Shown here piece by piece: positions 1-9,033 of a stretch of 32,000 bases of DNA. The notes beneath the pieces are model-generated. The model was given only the letters and a program-made list of their open reading frames with translations. It made no database searches and had not been told where the DNA came from. The position numbers and the translations under genes were made by a program. Position 1 is the first letter of the stretch, and each line of letters begins with the position of its first letter. The stretch comes from Xanthobacteraceae bacterium (GTDB lineage Bacteria > Pseudomonadota > Alphaproteobacteria > Rhizobiales > Xanthobacteraceae): contig DATGIF010000027.1 in assembly GCA_035295845.1 (NCBI GenBank), forward strand, positions 120,424 to 152,423, written 5' to 3'.

Positions 1-1243
1 CGAAGGTTTGCATCAATTGCTTGAAGCCCTGGCCCTCTGCGCCGCCGAGGAGATTCTCCGCCGGCACCTCGAAGCCGTCGAAGCCGATTTCGAATTCCTT
101 CATGCCGCGATAGCCGAGCACTTCGATTTCGCCGCCGCTCATGCCGGGCGCGGGGAACGGATCGGCGTCGGTGCCGCGCGGCTTCGGCGCGAGCAGCATC
201 GAGAGGCCCTTGTAGCCCTGCTCGTTCGGATTGGTGCGCACGAGAAGCGTCATCAGGTCGGCGCGCACCGGGTGCGTAATCCAGGTCTTGTTGCCGTAAA
301 CTTTGTAGACGTTGCCTTCGCGCACGGCGCGGGTTTTCAGCGAAGCGAGGTCGGAGCCGGTGTTGGGTTCGGTGAAGACGGCGGTCGGCAGCACTTCGCC
401 GGAGGCGATCTTCGGCAGCCAGTGTTTTTTCTGCGCGTCGGTGCCGGAGCCGAGGATCAGTTCGGCGGCGATCTCCGAACGCGTGCCGAGCGAACCGACG
501 CCGATATAGCCGCGCGACAATTCATCGGAGACGACGCACATCGATTCCTTGCCGAGGCCGAGGCCGCCATATTCCTCCGGAATGGTGAGGCCGAAGACGC
601 CGAGCTCCGCCATGTGGGCGATGACCTCGAGCGGGATGTACTGGTTCTTGAGGTGCCAGCCGTGCGCGTGCGGCACCACTTCAGCATCGGCGAAGCGGCG
701 CATTTCCTTTCGCATGGCCTCGAGCGTTTCGTCGAGGCCGTCGTCGCCGACGGTGCCTTGCGACTCCTTGATGAACTCGGCCAGTTTGGCGCGCGCCGCG
801 GCCGTCGTTCCGTCCGCGATCAGCGACTTCACGGCCCGTGTCTTGCGCTGCTCGATGCGATCGTCGGCAAGGCCAAGCGCGGAGAGCCGCACGATCTCGC
901 CCTGGCTCATGGGAATGCCGCCGAAGATTTGCGCGAGCGTCTCGCCAAGGCCGATGATGACCAGGAGCCGCTCGGTTTCGCCGAGGCGTCCCGCCTCGTG
1001 CATGCGCCGGGCGTAGGCGGAAAGCTGGCGGATCACCTCGACATAGGTCGCAAGCCACGCGAGGCCGTGGGTTGCGTGCTGCTCGCGCTCAAGGAGCGAT
1101 GCGGAAAGGGCGCCGTTCGCGGACACGCGCGCGCCGACGGCATTGATCGCGTCGGTCAAAAGCGCGCCGGCAGCGTCTTCGGCCTCGGTGGCGTGGCGAA
1201 GAAGGTCCGGTTCTGCCGATGAAGCGCGGGCGGCGCGGGACAT
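1..1243 (-). CDS. mcd: Acyl-CoA dehydrogenase with long N-terminal extension, probably (2S)-methylsuccinyl-CoA dehydrogenase; 5' part only, C-terminus lies outside the window
   Basis: The minus-strand frame is open from the window edge to ATG at 1243-1241. It is absent from the ORF track because it runs off the window. Translation begins MSRAARASSAEPDLL. An N-terminal region of about 170 aa is followed by an ACAD core (GVFGLTIPEEYGGLG, FTEPNTGSDLASLKTRA, YKVYGNKTWITH). The long N-terminal extension together with ccr and ecm nearby favours Mcd. The + ORF 8..1222 is its antisense shadow. Confidence 0.7.
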   Translation of the reverse strand, partial: MSRAARASSAEPDLLRHATEAEDAAGALLTDAINAVGARVSANGALSASLLEREQHATHGLAWLATYVEVIRQLSAYARRMHEAGRLGETERLLVIIGLGETLAQIFGGIPMSQGEIVRLSALGLADDRIEQRKTRAVKSLIADGTTAAARAKLAEFIKESQGTVGDDGLDETLEAMRKEMRRFADAEVVPHAHGWHLKNQYIPLEVIAHMAELGVFGLTIPEEYGGLGLGKESMCVVSDELSRGYIGVGSLGTRSEIAAELILGSGTDAQKKHWLPKIASGEVLPTAVFTEPNTGSDLASLKTRAVREGNVYKVYGNKTWITHPVRADLMTLLVRTNPNEQGYKGLSMLLAPKPRGTDADPFPAPGMSGGEIEVLGYRGMKEFEIGFDGFEVPAENLLGGAEGQGFKQLMQTF

Positions 1244-1274
1244 GGCTCGTCCTCGATTTCAGCCATCAGCCTAC

Positions 1275-1289
1275 TTGTGCAGCGCACAA
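1275..1289. promoter_or_regulatory. Perfect inverted repeat TTGTGC-AGC-GCACAA, 32 nt upstream of the mcd-like start, in the mcd/MCP divergent region
   Basis: Read directly: 6-bp arms with a 3-nt centre. The TGC-N3-GCA core is shared with motifs upstream of ccr and ecm. Confidence 0.35.
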
Positions 1290-1425
1290 AATCAAGGCGC
1301 GAGGGCTCACCTCCGCCTTAGCAGGGTGTTGTTAACCATTCCAAGGCTTTGATCGTCATGGATATCCGGGCTCCGGCCTTCTGTCCGGCGCCGGCGCCTT
1401 TCGCTGTGGTTCAGAGACGTCAGGC

Positions 1426-3477
1426 ATGGACTTCTCCCGGCTCGGCTCGGTTTTTTCGCGGCTCGGCTCGCTCCTGCGGCGTCCGCTGTATCTCCTTTCC
1501 GTCCGCGCCCGCATCGCGACGCTCGCTTTCAGCCCGGTGCTCGGCTTCATGATTATCGGGCTCGCTTACGTCGTCGGCGAACACGAGCTCGAAAGCGCCT
1601 TCGACAGCGTGAAGAGCGCGAGCGCGCTCGCGGATGTGAGCCGCGATTTCAAAACCGCCATTGGCACCATGCGGATCACCGCCAAGGAATTCGCGGCGCA
1701 GCCCGAGACGAACGAGATCAAGACATTTAGCGAAGCCTACGCCGCGGCGCTGAAGAGCCTCGAAAGCATCGAGGTCGGCGGCGAAGCGTCGGAAAAGCAA
1801 GGGGTCGGCTCGCTGCGGCAGCGGTTGATGGAGTTGAAAGAGAAATTTTCCGCCATGCAGATGGAAGCGGAGAAACTCGGCCTGTCCGCGAATGAGGGTC
1901 TGCGCGGCCGGGTGGAAAAAAATTCGGCGGCGGTCGAGCGGATCATCAACCAGGAAATGTCATGGCTGTCGGATGCCGACCAGAAGAAGCTCCTGTTTTC
2001 GCTTCTGATCATGCGCCGGTACGAGGCCGACTACCGGCTGAACCGGCAGGATATCGCGCACTCGATGTTCTTTCTCGAGTTCCAGAATTTCAACAGTGCG
2101 CTCGGAAGGATGAACGCGGTCGGCGACAAGATCGCGCCGGCCTCGCTGTTGAAGCGGCAGTTGACCGAACAGGTCAGAAGCTATGCCGACACGTTCGGCG
2201 AATGGGCCGAGACCGACGACCGGGTCAAGCCGTCGCTCGCGATCATCGAACTGGACAGCGCCGAAATGCTGCCCGCCGCCGACAAGATCATCGCGCTTGC
2301 GGGGCAGCGCGAGGAAGAAGCAACCGCGCGGTTCGATGCCTCGCAGATGCGCACGAAGTGGATCATTCTTTCCGCCGGCTTCGCCGTCGCCCTGTTGGGA
2401 CTTTTGCTCAGCTGGCTGATCGGACGCAGCATCACGCGGCCGCTCGGGGGGCTGGCGAGCGCGATGAAAAGCCTTGCCGAAGGCAATCTTTCCGCCGCCG
2501 TTCCGGCGGCGCGCGCAAGCGACGAGATCGGCGCCATGGCGCGCGCGGTGCTTGTCTTCCGCGACAACGCCCGCGAACGCGACCGCCTCGAGGCCGAGCA
2601 GCAGCACACGAGCGCCGAACGCGAAGCGCACGCGGCGGCGGTGGAAAGGCTCGTGCGCGGCTTCGCGGGCACCGCGGATCTTGCGCTCGACGCGGTGAAG
2701 GCGGCCGCGAACAAACTGGGGATCGCCGCCGACGGCTTGGGCGAGACAGCAGGCCGGGTCGGCTCGGAAGCGGAGCAGGCGGGACGCGCGGCGGGTGCCG
2801 CTTCCGCGAACGTCGCGCAAGCCGCGGCCGCCGCCGAGCAGCTCGCGGGCTCGGTCGCGGAAGTGGCGCGGCAGACCGCAAGCTCGACCGAAGTTGCCGG
2901 CCGCGCGGTGACCGAGACGCAGCGCTCGGTCGGGATCATGGGCACGCTCGCGGAAGCGGCGAGCCGCATCGGCGAGGTGGTGGGCCTCATTCAATCGATC
3001 GCGGCGCAGACGAACCTTCTCGCGCTCAACGCCACCATCGAAGCGGCGCGCGCCGGCGAAGCCGGCCGCGGCTTCGCCGTGGTTGCCGCCGAGGTGAAGT
3101 CGCTCGCCAACCAGACCGCGCACGCGACCGAGGAAATTACGTACCAGATCAACGCGATCCAGGAAGCCTCGTTCGAGGCGCGGCGCGCGATCGACACGGT
3201 GAGCTCCGTCATTCAGGAAATGTCGGCCATGGCCGCTTCCATCGCCTCGGCGGTGGAGGAGCAAAATATGGCGGTCGTTTCGATCGCCAATAACGTGGCG
3301 CTCGCCTCAAACGAGGCCGATGTCGGCGCCAACGCCATGCGCGGCGTCGAGCACGCGGCGAGCGGCGCACGGCTGACCGCGAGCGACGTGGCCGCACTCG
3401 CCGTCCAGCTTGGCGGCGAAGCGGAAAATCTCAACGCCGCGATCGGCAAGTTCCTTGCCGAGGTGCGAGCCGCCTGA
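1426..3477 (+). CDS. Methyl-accepting chemotaxis protein (two TM helices, periplasmic domain, HAMP, MA signalling domain)
   Basis: 683-aa ORF. TM1 is [19 protein letters not shown] and TM2 is [22 protein letters not shown]. It carries the highly conserved MCP hairpin motif [33 protein letters not shown]. Confidence 0.9.
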   Translation: MDFSRLGSVFSRLGSLLRRPLYLLSVRARIATLAFSPVLGFMIIGLAYVVGEHELESAFDSVKSASALADVSRDFKTAIGTMRITAKEFAAQPETNEIKTFSEAYAAALKSLESIEVGGEASEKQGVGSLRQRLMELKEKFSAMQMEAEKLGLSANEGLRGRVEKNSAAVERIINQEMSWLSDADQKKLLFSLLIMRRYEADYRLNRQDIAHSMFFLEFQNFNSALGRMNAVGDKIAPASLLKRQLTEQVRSYADTFGEWAETDDRVKPSLAIIELDSAEMLPAADKIIALAGQREEEATARFDASQMRTKWIILSAGFAVALLGLLLSWLIGRSITRPLGGLASAMKSLAEGNLSAAVPAARASDEIGAMARAVLVFRDNARERDRLEAEQQHTSAEREAHAAAVERLVRGFAGTADLALDAVKAAANKLGIAADGLGETAGRVGSEAEQAGRAAGAASANVAQAAAAAEQLAGSVAEVARQTASSTEVAGRAVTETQRSVGIMGTLAEAASRIGEVVGLIQSIAAQTNLLALNATIEAARAGEAGRGFAVVAAEVKSLANQTAHATEEITYQINAIQEASFEARRAIDTVSSVIQEMSAMAASIASAVEEQNMAVVSIANNVALASNEADVGANAMRGVEHAASGARLTASDVAALAVQLGGEAENLNAAIGKFLAEVRAA

Positions 3478-3516
3478 AGCCGCGGTATTCGCGGATCGGG
3501 ATGCCTTCTTTTCCAC

Positions 3517-4404
3517 TTGCAAGGGGCGCAACGATCCGCAATCAGAGGGCGTGACCTTTGGGGAAACGCCGTGAACCGTGCCTACAGGCTCGCGCTCGAC
3601 GCCTTCTATGCCTTCAATGATGACGACGGCTGGGCGATCGCGAGCCACATCGCGCTGTCGGCGCTGATGGCGCTGTTTCCGTTCCTGATTTTCGTGACCG
3701 CGCTGGCGGCGCTGTTCGGCACCAAGGAGCTTGCCGACGCGACCGCGATGCTGCTGCTGCAAAGCTGGCCGAAGGAGGTGGCGGAGCCGATCGCATCGGC
3801 GATCCATGACGTGCTGACCAATTTGCGCACCGACGCGCTGACCTTCGGCGTCCTGTTCGCGGTCTATTTTTCCTCGAGCGGCATCGAAAGCCTGCGGATC
3901 GGCCTGAACCGCGCCTATGGCGTGCGCGAGACGCATTCGTGGTGGTGGATGCGGATCGAATCGATCCTCTATGTTTTCGTGGGCGCGGTTTCGCTCCTGG
4001 CGCTTGCGTTTCTCATCGTGCTCGGGCCCTTGATCTGGGCGACGGCGACGAAATACGCACCCTGGCTCAAGCCGTTCGCGGGCATCGTCGACCTCACGCG
4101 TTATGGGCTGACGTCGTTCGTGCTCGTGGTCGCGCTCATCGTGGTGCACAAATGGCTGCCGGCGGGGCGCCGGAGCTTTGCCGAGATCGCGCCGGGGATC
4201 GTGGTGACGCTTGTCTTGTGGATCGCGGCGGGTGCCTTGTTCGGCTCGTATCTGTCGGAATTCGCCTACACTTACGTCACGTATTATGCGGGGCTTGCCT
4301 CGGCAATGATCGCGCTCGTGTTTCTGTACGTGACGGCGTCGATTTTCGTCTATGGCGGCGAGCTGAATTCGGTGATCCGCAAGGAGCGCGAGGCGAGGCC
4401 ATGA
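3517..4404 (+). CDS. YihY/BrkB (virulence factor BrkB / ribonuclease BN-like) family inner membrane protein
   Basis: Polytopic membrane ORF with the family-typical N-terminus (AFNDDDGWAIASHIALSALMALFPFLIF). The track start at 3517 is TTG. An in-frame GTG at 3571, preceded by GGGGAA, is an alternative start. Confidence 0.8.
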   Translation: MQGAQRSAIRGRDLWGNAVNRAYRLALDAFYAFNDDDGWAIASHIALSALMALFPFLIFVTALAALFGTKELADATAMLLLQSWPKEVAEPIASAIHDVLTNLRTDALTFGVLFAVYFSSSGIESLRIGLNRAYGVRETHSWWWMRIESILYVFVGAVSLLALAFLIVLGPLIWATATKYAPWLKPFAGIVDLTRYGLTSFVLVVALIVVHKWLPAGRRSFAEIAPGIVVTLVLWIAAGALFGSYLSEFAYTYVTYYAGLASAMIALVFLYVTASIFVYGGELNSVIRKEREARP

Positions 4405-4413
4405 AGCCTTTAT

Positions 4414-5049
4414 TTATTTCATCAGCTTCGCGCTGAAACTCGTGCCGGCGCCTGCTGCCGGCGTGAAGGACATTTCCACTTCCGCGCGCTTGCCGCAAAG
4501 ATCGAACTTCCAGCTTTCCGACCACGGCGTGTTGCCGTCCTTGTAAGGCTCGATCTCGCGCGTGTCGGTGACCCAGCTTTTCTCGCAGCCGGGCGGATTC
4601 GCGGTTGAGGCCGCCACCTTCGCCACGCGGATCGAATCGCGCTGAAGCCGGGGATCCGCCTTGGTCTCGCCCGGCAGGAGTTCGATCGCGCGCGATTTTT
4701 CGTCTTCGAGAAAAAGCATCAGGTTTCGCCGCGCGCGCGGCTCGCAATCGACGAGATAGCGCTCAACCCAGGAAATCGATTGCGGCGAGACCGGATAGGG
4801 GAGCGCCTCGATCAACGCGCTCAGCCGGGCTCCCTTGCAGTCATAGCCGGGAATATTCGCGCCGGACTTCCTGAGCGCGTCGGCGCGCGTGGCCGCGAAT
4901 TCGCCGGAAAAGACGCGGGAGGCGATCTTCGCGCCATAGGCCCGCGTGATCGGCCCGCGATCGGCGCGGCTGACGTCCGGCCCATCGTCGGCAAAACCCG
5001 CGGATAAAGAAACAAGGAAGGCGAGGAAGAAGGCGGCAAGCCGCTGCAT
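4414..5049 (-). CDS. Secreted/periplasmic protein of unknown function (signal peptide, 4 Cys)
   Basis: Only the last 211 codons of track ORF 4414..5925 look coding. The ATG at 5049 gives MQRLAAFFLAFLVSLSAGFADD, a signal-peptide-like N-terminus. It starts 5 nt after the ccr stop. I recognise no family. Confidence 0.6.
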   Translation of the reverse strand: MQRLAAFFLAFLVSLSAGFADDGPDVSRADRGPITRAYGAKIASRVFSGEFAATRADALRKSGANIPGYDCKGARLSALIEALPYPVSPQSISWVERYLVDCEPRARRNLMLFLEDEKSRAIELLPGETKADPRLQRDSIRVAKVAASTANPPGCEKSWVTDTREIEPYKDGNTPWSESWKFDLCGKRAEVEMSFTPAAGAGTSFSAKLMK

Positions 5050-5054
5050 CGCGA

Positions 5055-6332
5055 TCAGCCGTCCGTCGCCTCGATCACGTCGTCGAACGTGCGCAGTCCC
5101 GGACGCGGCGCGTTGACGAGCACCGCCATGTTGCCGGGCTTGTGCTGGTTCTTCCACATCAGCATGTGGGCGTGGGGAATTTGCAGCCACGGCAGCGCCT
5201 CGCTCATGCAGGGATCGACCCGGCGGTCGAGCACGAACTGATTGGCGGCGGATGCCTGCTTGAGATGCGCGAAGTGCGAACCCTGAATGCGTTTCTGCCG
5301 CATCCACACGTAGCGCGCATCGAAAGTGATGTTGAAGCCGGTGGTGCCGGCGCAAAAGACGACCATGCCGCCGCGCTTGGCCACCAGCGTCGAGACCGGG
5401 AAGGTCTGCTCGCCGGGATGCTCGAAGACGATATCGACGTCGCGCTTGCCGGTGATGTCCCAGATCGCCTTGCCGAAGCGGCGCGCTTCCTTGACCCAGC
5501 CGTCGTATTCGGCGCTGCCGACCTTGGGCATGGCGCCCCAGCATTTGAACGCGCTCCGATTGATGACGCCCTTGGCGCCGAGATCGCGCACGTATTGCGA
5601 TTTGGCGTCGTCGGAGACGATGCCGATGGCGTTGGCGCCCGACGCGGCGACCAGCTGCACGCCGAACACGCCGAGCCCGCCCGAGGCGCCCCAGACCAGA
5701 ACATTGTCGCCGGGTTTCAGCGTGTGCGGCGGGTGACCGAACAGCATGCGGTAGGCGGTGGCGAGCGTAAGTGTGTAGCAGGCCGATTCTTCCCAGGTCA
5801 GATGCGGCGGCTTGCGCATCAGCTGGCGCGACTGCACGCGGCAGAACTGCGCGAACGAGCCGTCCGGCGTCTCGTAGCCCCAGATGCGCTGCGACGGCGA
5901 CAGCAGCGGATCGCCGCCGTTGCACTCCTCATCGTCGCCGTCGTCCTGATTGCAGTGCACGATGACCTCGTCGCCGACTTTCCAGCGCCGCACCTTTGGG
6001 CCGACCGCCCAGACGATGCCGGAGGCGTCCGAGCCGGCGACGTGGAACGGGTTCTTGTGCACGTCGAGCGGCGAGATCGGCTGGCCGAGGCCGGCCCACA
6101 CCCCGTTGTAGTTGACGCCGCCGGCCATGACGTAGACCAGCACTTCGTCGTCGGCGATCGGCCAGGTCGGCACCACTTCGCACTGCATCGCCTGTTCGGG
6201 CGGACCGTGGCGCTCCTTGCGGATCGCCCAGGCGTGCATCCTGGCCGGCACGTGGCCGAGCGGCGGCACTTCGCCGATGGCATAAAGCTCTTTGAGTGGC
6301 GCGGCTTGAGGCTTGTGCTGGGCAACCGCCAT
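5055..6332 (-). CDS. ccr: Crotonyl-CoA carboxylase/reductase
   Basis: The ATG at 6332 is preceded by GGAGG. The 425-aa product begins MAVAQHKPQAAPLKELYAIGEVPPLGHVPARMHAW. It has the MDR fold (VLVWGASGGLG) and Ccr-typical length and N-terminus. The upstream part of track ORF 5055..6569 is non-coding read-through. Confidence 0.9.
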   Translation of the reverse strand: MAVAQHKPQAAPLKELYAIGEVPPLGHVPARMHAWAIRKERHGPPEQAMQCEVVPTWPIADDEVLVYVMAGGVNYNGVWAGLGQPISPLDVHKNPFHVAGSDASGIVWAVGPKVRRWKVGDEVIVHCNQDDGDDEECNGGDPLLSPSQRIWGYETPDGSFAQFCRVQSRQLMRKPPHLTWEESACYTLTLATAYRMLFGHPPHTLKPGDNVLVWGASGGLGVFGVQLVAASGANAIGIVSDDAKSQYVRDLGAKGVINRSAFKCWGAMPKVGSAEYDGWVKEARRFGKAIWDITGKRDVDIVFEHPGEQTFPVSTLVAKRGGMVVFCAGTTGFNITFDARYVWMRQKRIQGSHFAHLKQASAANQFVLDRRVDPCMSEALPWLQIPHAHMLMWKNQHKPGNMAVLVNAPRPGLRTFDDVIEATDG

Positions 6333-6410
6333 GTGGCGACCTCCGCATCCCGCCCGAGCCCCACGACAACGGGCGATTCCGGGCGCGGTTGCGTCAGTCT
6401 GCATCACATT

Positions 6411-6427
6411 ATGTTGCGCTGCAATAA
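6411..6427. promoter_or_regulatory. Imperfect palindrome ATGTTGCGCTGCAATAA, 79 nt upstream of the ccr start
   Basis: 14 of 17 positions are identical to the motif upstream of ecm (ATGTTGCAATGCAACAA). It contains the 13-mer GTTGCGCTGCAAT, which repeats at 6531. Confidence 0.35.
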
Positions 6428-6511
6428 GCCTTTCGTTCGCTTCCCAGCTGGGGCCGCTGCTAAGCCAACCGAAAGGAATGCCGCGCCAAACTCGGACTGC
6501 GGCGCCATCCG

Positions 6512-7771
6512 GTGCCGGACCGCGAGCTTGGTTGCGCTGCAATGCACACCGCTCCCGCCACCATGCCAAAAGACGCCGCGCCGCTTTCGCCCCGGCGCTT
6601 GATCGGCGTCGTCAGCCTGGCGCTGGCGCTCGGCTATGCGGTGCTTCTATTCGGAACGTACCTGCAGGGGCATTTTTTGACCGACGCCCAAGGCCAGCCG
6701 ATCGCCAACGATTTCGTCGATGTGTATGCAGCGGGACAGTTGGCGCTCGAAGGCGCCGCGGCCACCGCTTACGACTGGCCGCAGCACAAGGCCGCCGAAG
6801 TCCGCGCGCTCGGCCATGATTTCCCGGACTATTATGGCTGGCATTATCCGCCACCGTTTTTGTTCGTCGCCATGGCGCTGGCGCTGCTGCCGTATCTCGC
6901 CGCTTCTTTGCTTTGGCTGGCCGCGACGCTTGCGGCGTATGCAACGGCGCTGCGCGCTATTCTCGGCGAGCGCAGCGGCATTTTGCTGGCGCTCGGCTTT
7001 CCGGCGGCGGTCTGGAATATCACAGCCGGGCAGAACGGCTTTCTCACCGCCTCTTTGATCGGCGGCACGCTTGCCTTGCTCGAGCGGCGACCGGTGCTCG
7101 CCGGCATTTGTCTCGGGCTCCTCACCTACAAACCACAATTCGGATTGCTGTTTCCACTGGTGCTGATCGTCGATCGGCGCTGGACCACGATCGCGGTCGC
7201 GGCGCTGGTGGCGTTTGCCATGGCGGCAGCCTCATGGCTCGCCTTCGGCAGCGCCAGCTGGCAGGCGTTCGTGCACTGGATGCCGATCACCAGCCACGTC
7301 GTGCTCGGCGAAGGCCGCGCCGACTTCGGCCGGCTGCAAAGCTTGTTTGGACTGGTCCGCGCGCACGGCGGCAGCGAAGGGCTTGCCTGGTCCATGCAGG
7401 CGGCGGGCAGTCTCGCGACCGCCGCGCTGGTCGTCTGGCTGTGGCGCCGCCGTGCGGCCTATGAGCAGAAAGCCGCCGCGCTCGCCGCCGGCGCACTGCT
7501 CGTTACGCCTTACGTCTATATGTACGACCTCGTCGTGCTCGCGGTCGCCGTCGCCTTCCTGCTGCGCCATGCGTTCGAACACGGCCTCGCCGCCGGCGAA
7601 GTCGCCGCGCTCGCCGCGGCCGGCGTGCTGATCTTGAGCTTCCCTTACGTCAAGACGCAGGTCGGCCTGGCGGCGGTGGTGATCGTCATGATGCTGATCG
7701 TTCATCGCGCCATCATCGCGGCGGCAACAGCGATATCTGTGCCGGCAACAGCGACAGAGCAAGCATCATGA
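6512..7771 (+). CDS. GT87 / DUF2029-family polytopic membrane glycosyltransferase (GT-C type), paralog 1
   Basis: Multi-TM ORF with family-typical blocks: DFVDVYAAG, GWHYPPPFLF, GQNGFLTASLIGG, LLTYKPQFGLLFPL and TPYVYMYDL. The start is uncertain: GTG 6512, ATG 6542 or ATG 6563. Confidence 0.75.
   Translation: MPDRELGCAAMHTAPATMPKDAAPLSPRRLIGVVSLALALGYAVLLFGTYLQGHFLTDAQGQPIANDFVDVYAAGQLALEGAAATAYDWPQHKAAEVRALGHDFPDYYGWHYPPPFLFVAMALALLPYLAASLLWLAATLAAYATALRAILGERSGILLALGFPAAVWNITAGQNGFLTASLIGGTLALLERRPVLAGICLGLLTYKPQFGLLFPLVLIVDRRWTTIAVAALVAFAMAAASWLAFGSASWQAFVHWMPITSHVVLGEGRADFGRLQSLFGLVRAHGGSEGLAWSMQAAGSLATAALVVWLWRRRAAYEQKAAALAAGALLVTPYVYMYDLVVLAVAVAFLLRHAFEHGLAAGEVAALAAAGVLILSFPYVKTQVGLAAVVIVMMLIVHRAIIAAATAISVPATATEQAS
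6529..6545. promoter_or_regulatory. Second copy of the GTTGCGCTGCAAT motif in the ccr / GT87 divergent region
   Basis: Exact 13-nt direct repeat of 6413..6425, located at 6531..6543. It overlaps the possible ATG 6542 start of the downstream membrane protein. Confidence 0.3.
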
Positions 7772-8973
7772 CGCTGCAGGCCGTGCCCTTTCATCAGAGC
7801 GAGATGGCATCGCCGCGATCGAGCGCGTTTGCGCTGATTTGTTTCGCGCTGCTGGTTGCCAATCTCGGCTACGTCGCGGCGTTGCTCCTCGATCACGGAT
7901 GGATCATCGACGCCGCCGGCAAACCGTTTCATACCGATTTCACCAGCGTCTACGCCGCCGGCCGGCTGGCGCTCGATGGCCACGCGGCGGCGGCTTATGA
8001 TTGGAATCTGCACTATGGGGCCGAAAATGCCGTCGTCCCCCATGACTACGCCGCTTATTTGGGATGGCATTACCCGCCGCCGTTTCTGCTGATTGCGGCA
8101 TTGCTGGCGACGTTGCCGTACGCCGCTGCGTTCCTGGTCTGGATCGCCGTCACGCTGCCGCTTTATCTGGCAAGCATGCGCGCCGTCGTCGGCGACAAGA
8201 TCGGCTGGCTCATCGGCGGGGCGTTTCCGTGCCTGCTGCCGAACATCGTTCCCGGGCAGAACGGGCTGTTCACCGCAGCCCTGATCGGCGGCACATTGGC
8301 GCTGCTGCCGGCCCGTCCGATTCTCGCCGGCTGCTGCCTCGGCCTCCTCACCTACAAACCGCAATTCGGCATTGTGTTTCCGCTGCTGCTCATCGCCGGC
8401 GGCCATTGGCGCGCCATCGGCGCCGCAGCGGCAAGCGCTTGCACGCTCGCGCTGGTGACAGTCGCGGTTTTCGGCGTCGCGCCCTGGAGCGAATTTTTGC
8501 ACTGGCTGCCGCTGACCTCGCACGCGCTGTTCGCGCAGGATTCCCCCGTTCACACCGAGTGGAGCAAATTTCAGAGCGTGTTCGCGTTGGTGCGGCTCCT
8601 CGGCGGCAGCGCGTCCTTGGCCTGGGCGCTGCAAGGGCTGCTGACGGTCATCGTGGCGCTCGCGCTATGGCTGATGTGGCGGAGCCATCGGATCAGCTAC
8701 GAACTGAAAGCCGCGGCCGCAGCGGCCGGCGTCCTGCTCGCCACGCCTTACGTTTATCTCTACGATCTCGCCATCCTCGCCGTCGCCGTCGGATTTATGC
8801 TCCGCGGCGCGCTGCGCACCGGCTTCGTTCGCGGCGAGGCCGGCAGTCTGGCACTCGGCGCAGCCCTCATGATGTTGCTGCCGTTCTTCGGCATTCCCGT
8901 CGGCTTGATGACCGTTGGAATCGCCGTCGTGCTGATTGGGCGGAGAATTGCCAGCCGCGACGTAGCGGCTTGA
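7768..8973 (+). CDS. GT87 / DUF2029-family polytopic membrane glycosyltransferase, paralog 2
   Basis: Collinear with paralog 1: DFTSVYAAG, GWHYPPPFLL, GQNGLFTAALIGG, LLTYKPQFGIVFPL and TPYVYLYDL. Its ATG overlaps the stop of paralog 1 (ATGA at 7768-7771). Confidence 0.75.
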   Translation: MTLQAVPFHQSEMASPRSSAFALICFALLVANLGYVAALLLDHGWIIDAAGKPFHTDFTSVYAAGRLALDGHAAAAYDWNLHYGAENAVVPHDYAAYLGWHYPPPFLLIAALLATLPYAAAFLVWIAVTLPLYLASMRAVVGDKIGWLIGGAFPCLLPNIVPGQNGLFTAALIGGTLALLPARPILAGCCLGLLTYKPQFGIVFPLLLIAGGHWRAIGAAAASACTLALVTVAVFGVAPWSEFLHWLPLTSHALFAQDSPVHTEWSKFQSVFALVRLLGGSASLAWALQGLLTVIVALALWLMWRSHRISYELKAAAAAAGVLLATPYVYLYDLAILAVAVGFMLRGALRTGFVRGEAGSLALGAALMMLLPFFGIPVGLMTVGIAVVLIGRRIASRDVAA

Positions 8974-9033
8974 TCCAACGCACGGGTCAAAAGCTTCACG
9001 TCTCCAGTCACTTGACGGGCGTCGGCGACGCCC

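Noticed and set aside
8-1222. 404-aa + strand ORF covering the left edge
   Set aside because: Its composition is Ala/Arg/Gly-rich with no family resemblance. The opposite strand encodes a clear acyl-CoA dehydrogenase in the same interval, so this is an antisense shadow ORF typical of high-GC DNA.
1960-3293. Long ORFs 1960..3264 (-) and 1962..3293 (+) inside the chemoreceptor gene
   Set aside because: They are out of frame or antisense to a well-supported MCP. The products are Arg/Gly/Pro-rich and low in complexity.
5050-5925. N-terminal 290 codons of track ORF 4414..5925 (-)
   Set aside because: This part overlaps ccr in another frame and is Arg-rich nonsense. The internal ATG at 5049 yields a proper signal peptide immediately after the ccr stop.
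5142-6602. 486-aa + strand ORF opposite ccr
   Set aside because: It is antisense to ccr, whose product has an unambiguous family signature. No recognisable motifs are present.
7702-8634. 310-aa minus-strand ORF and other ORFs overlapping the GT87 genes
   Set aside because: They are antisense to hydrophobic multi-TM proteins with conserved paralogous blocks, and their composition is not protein-like.
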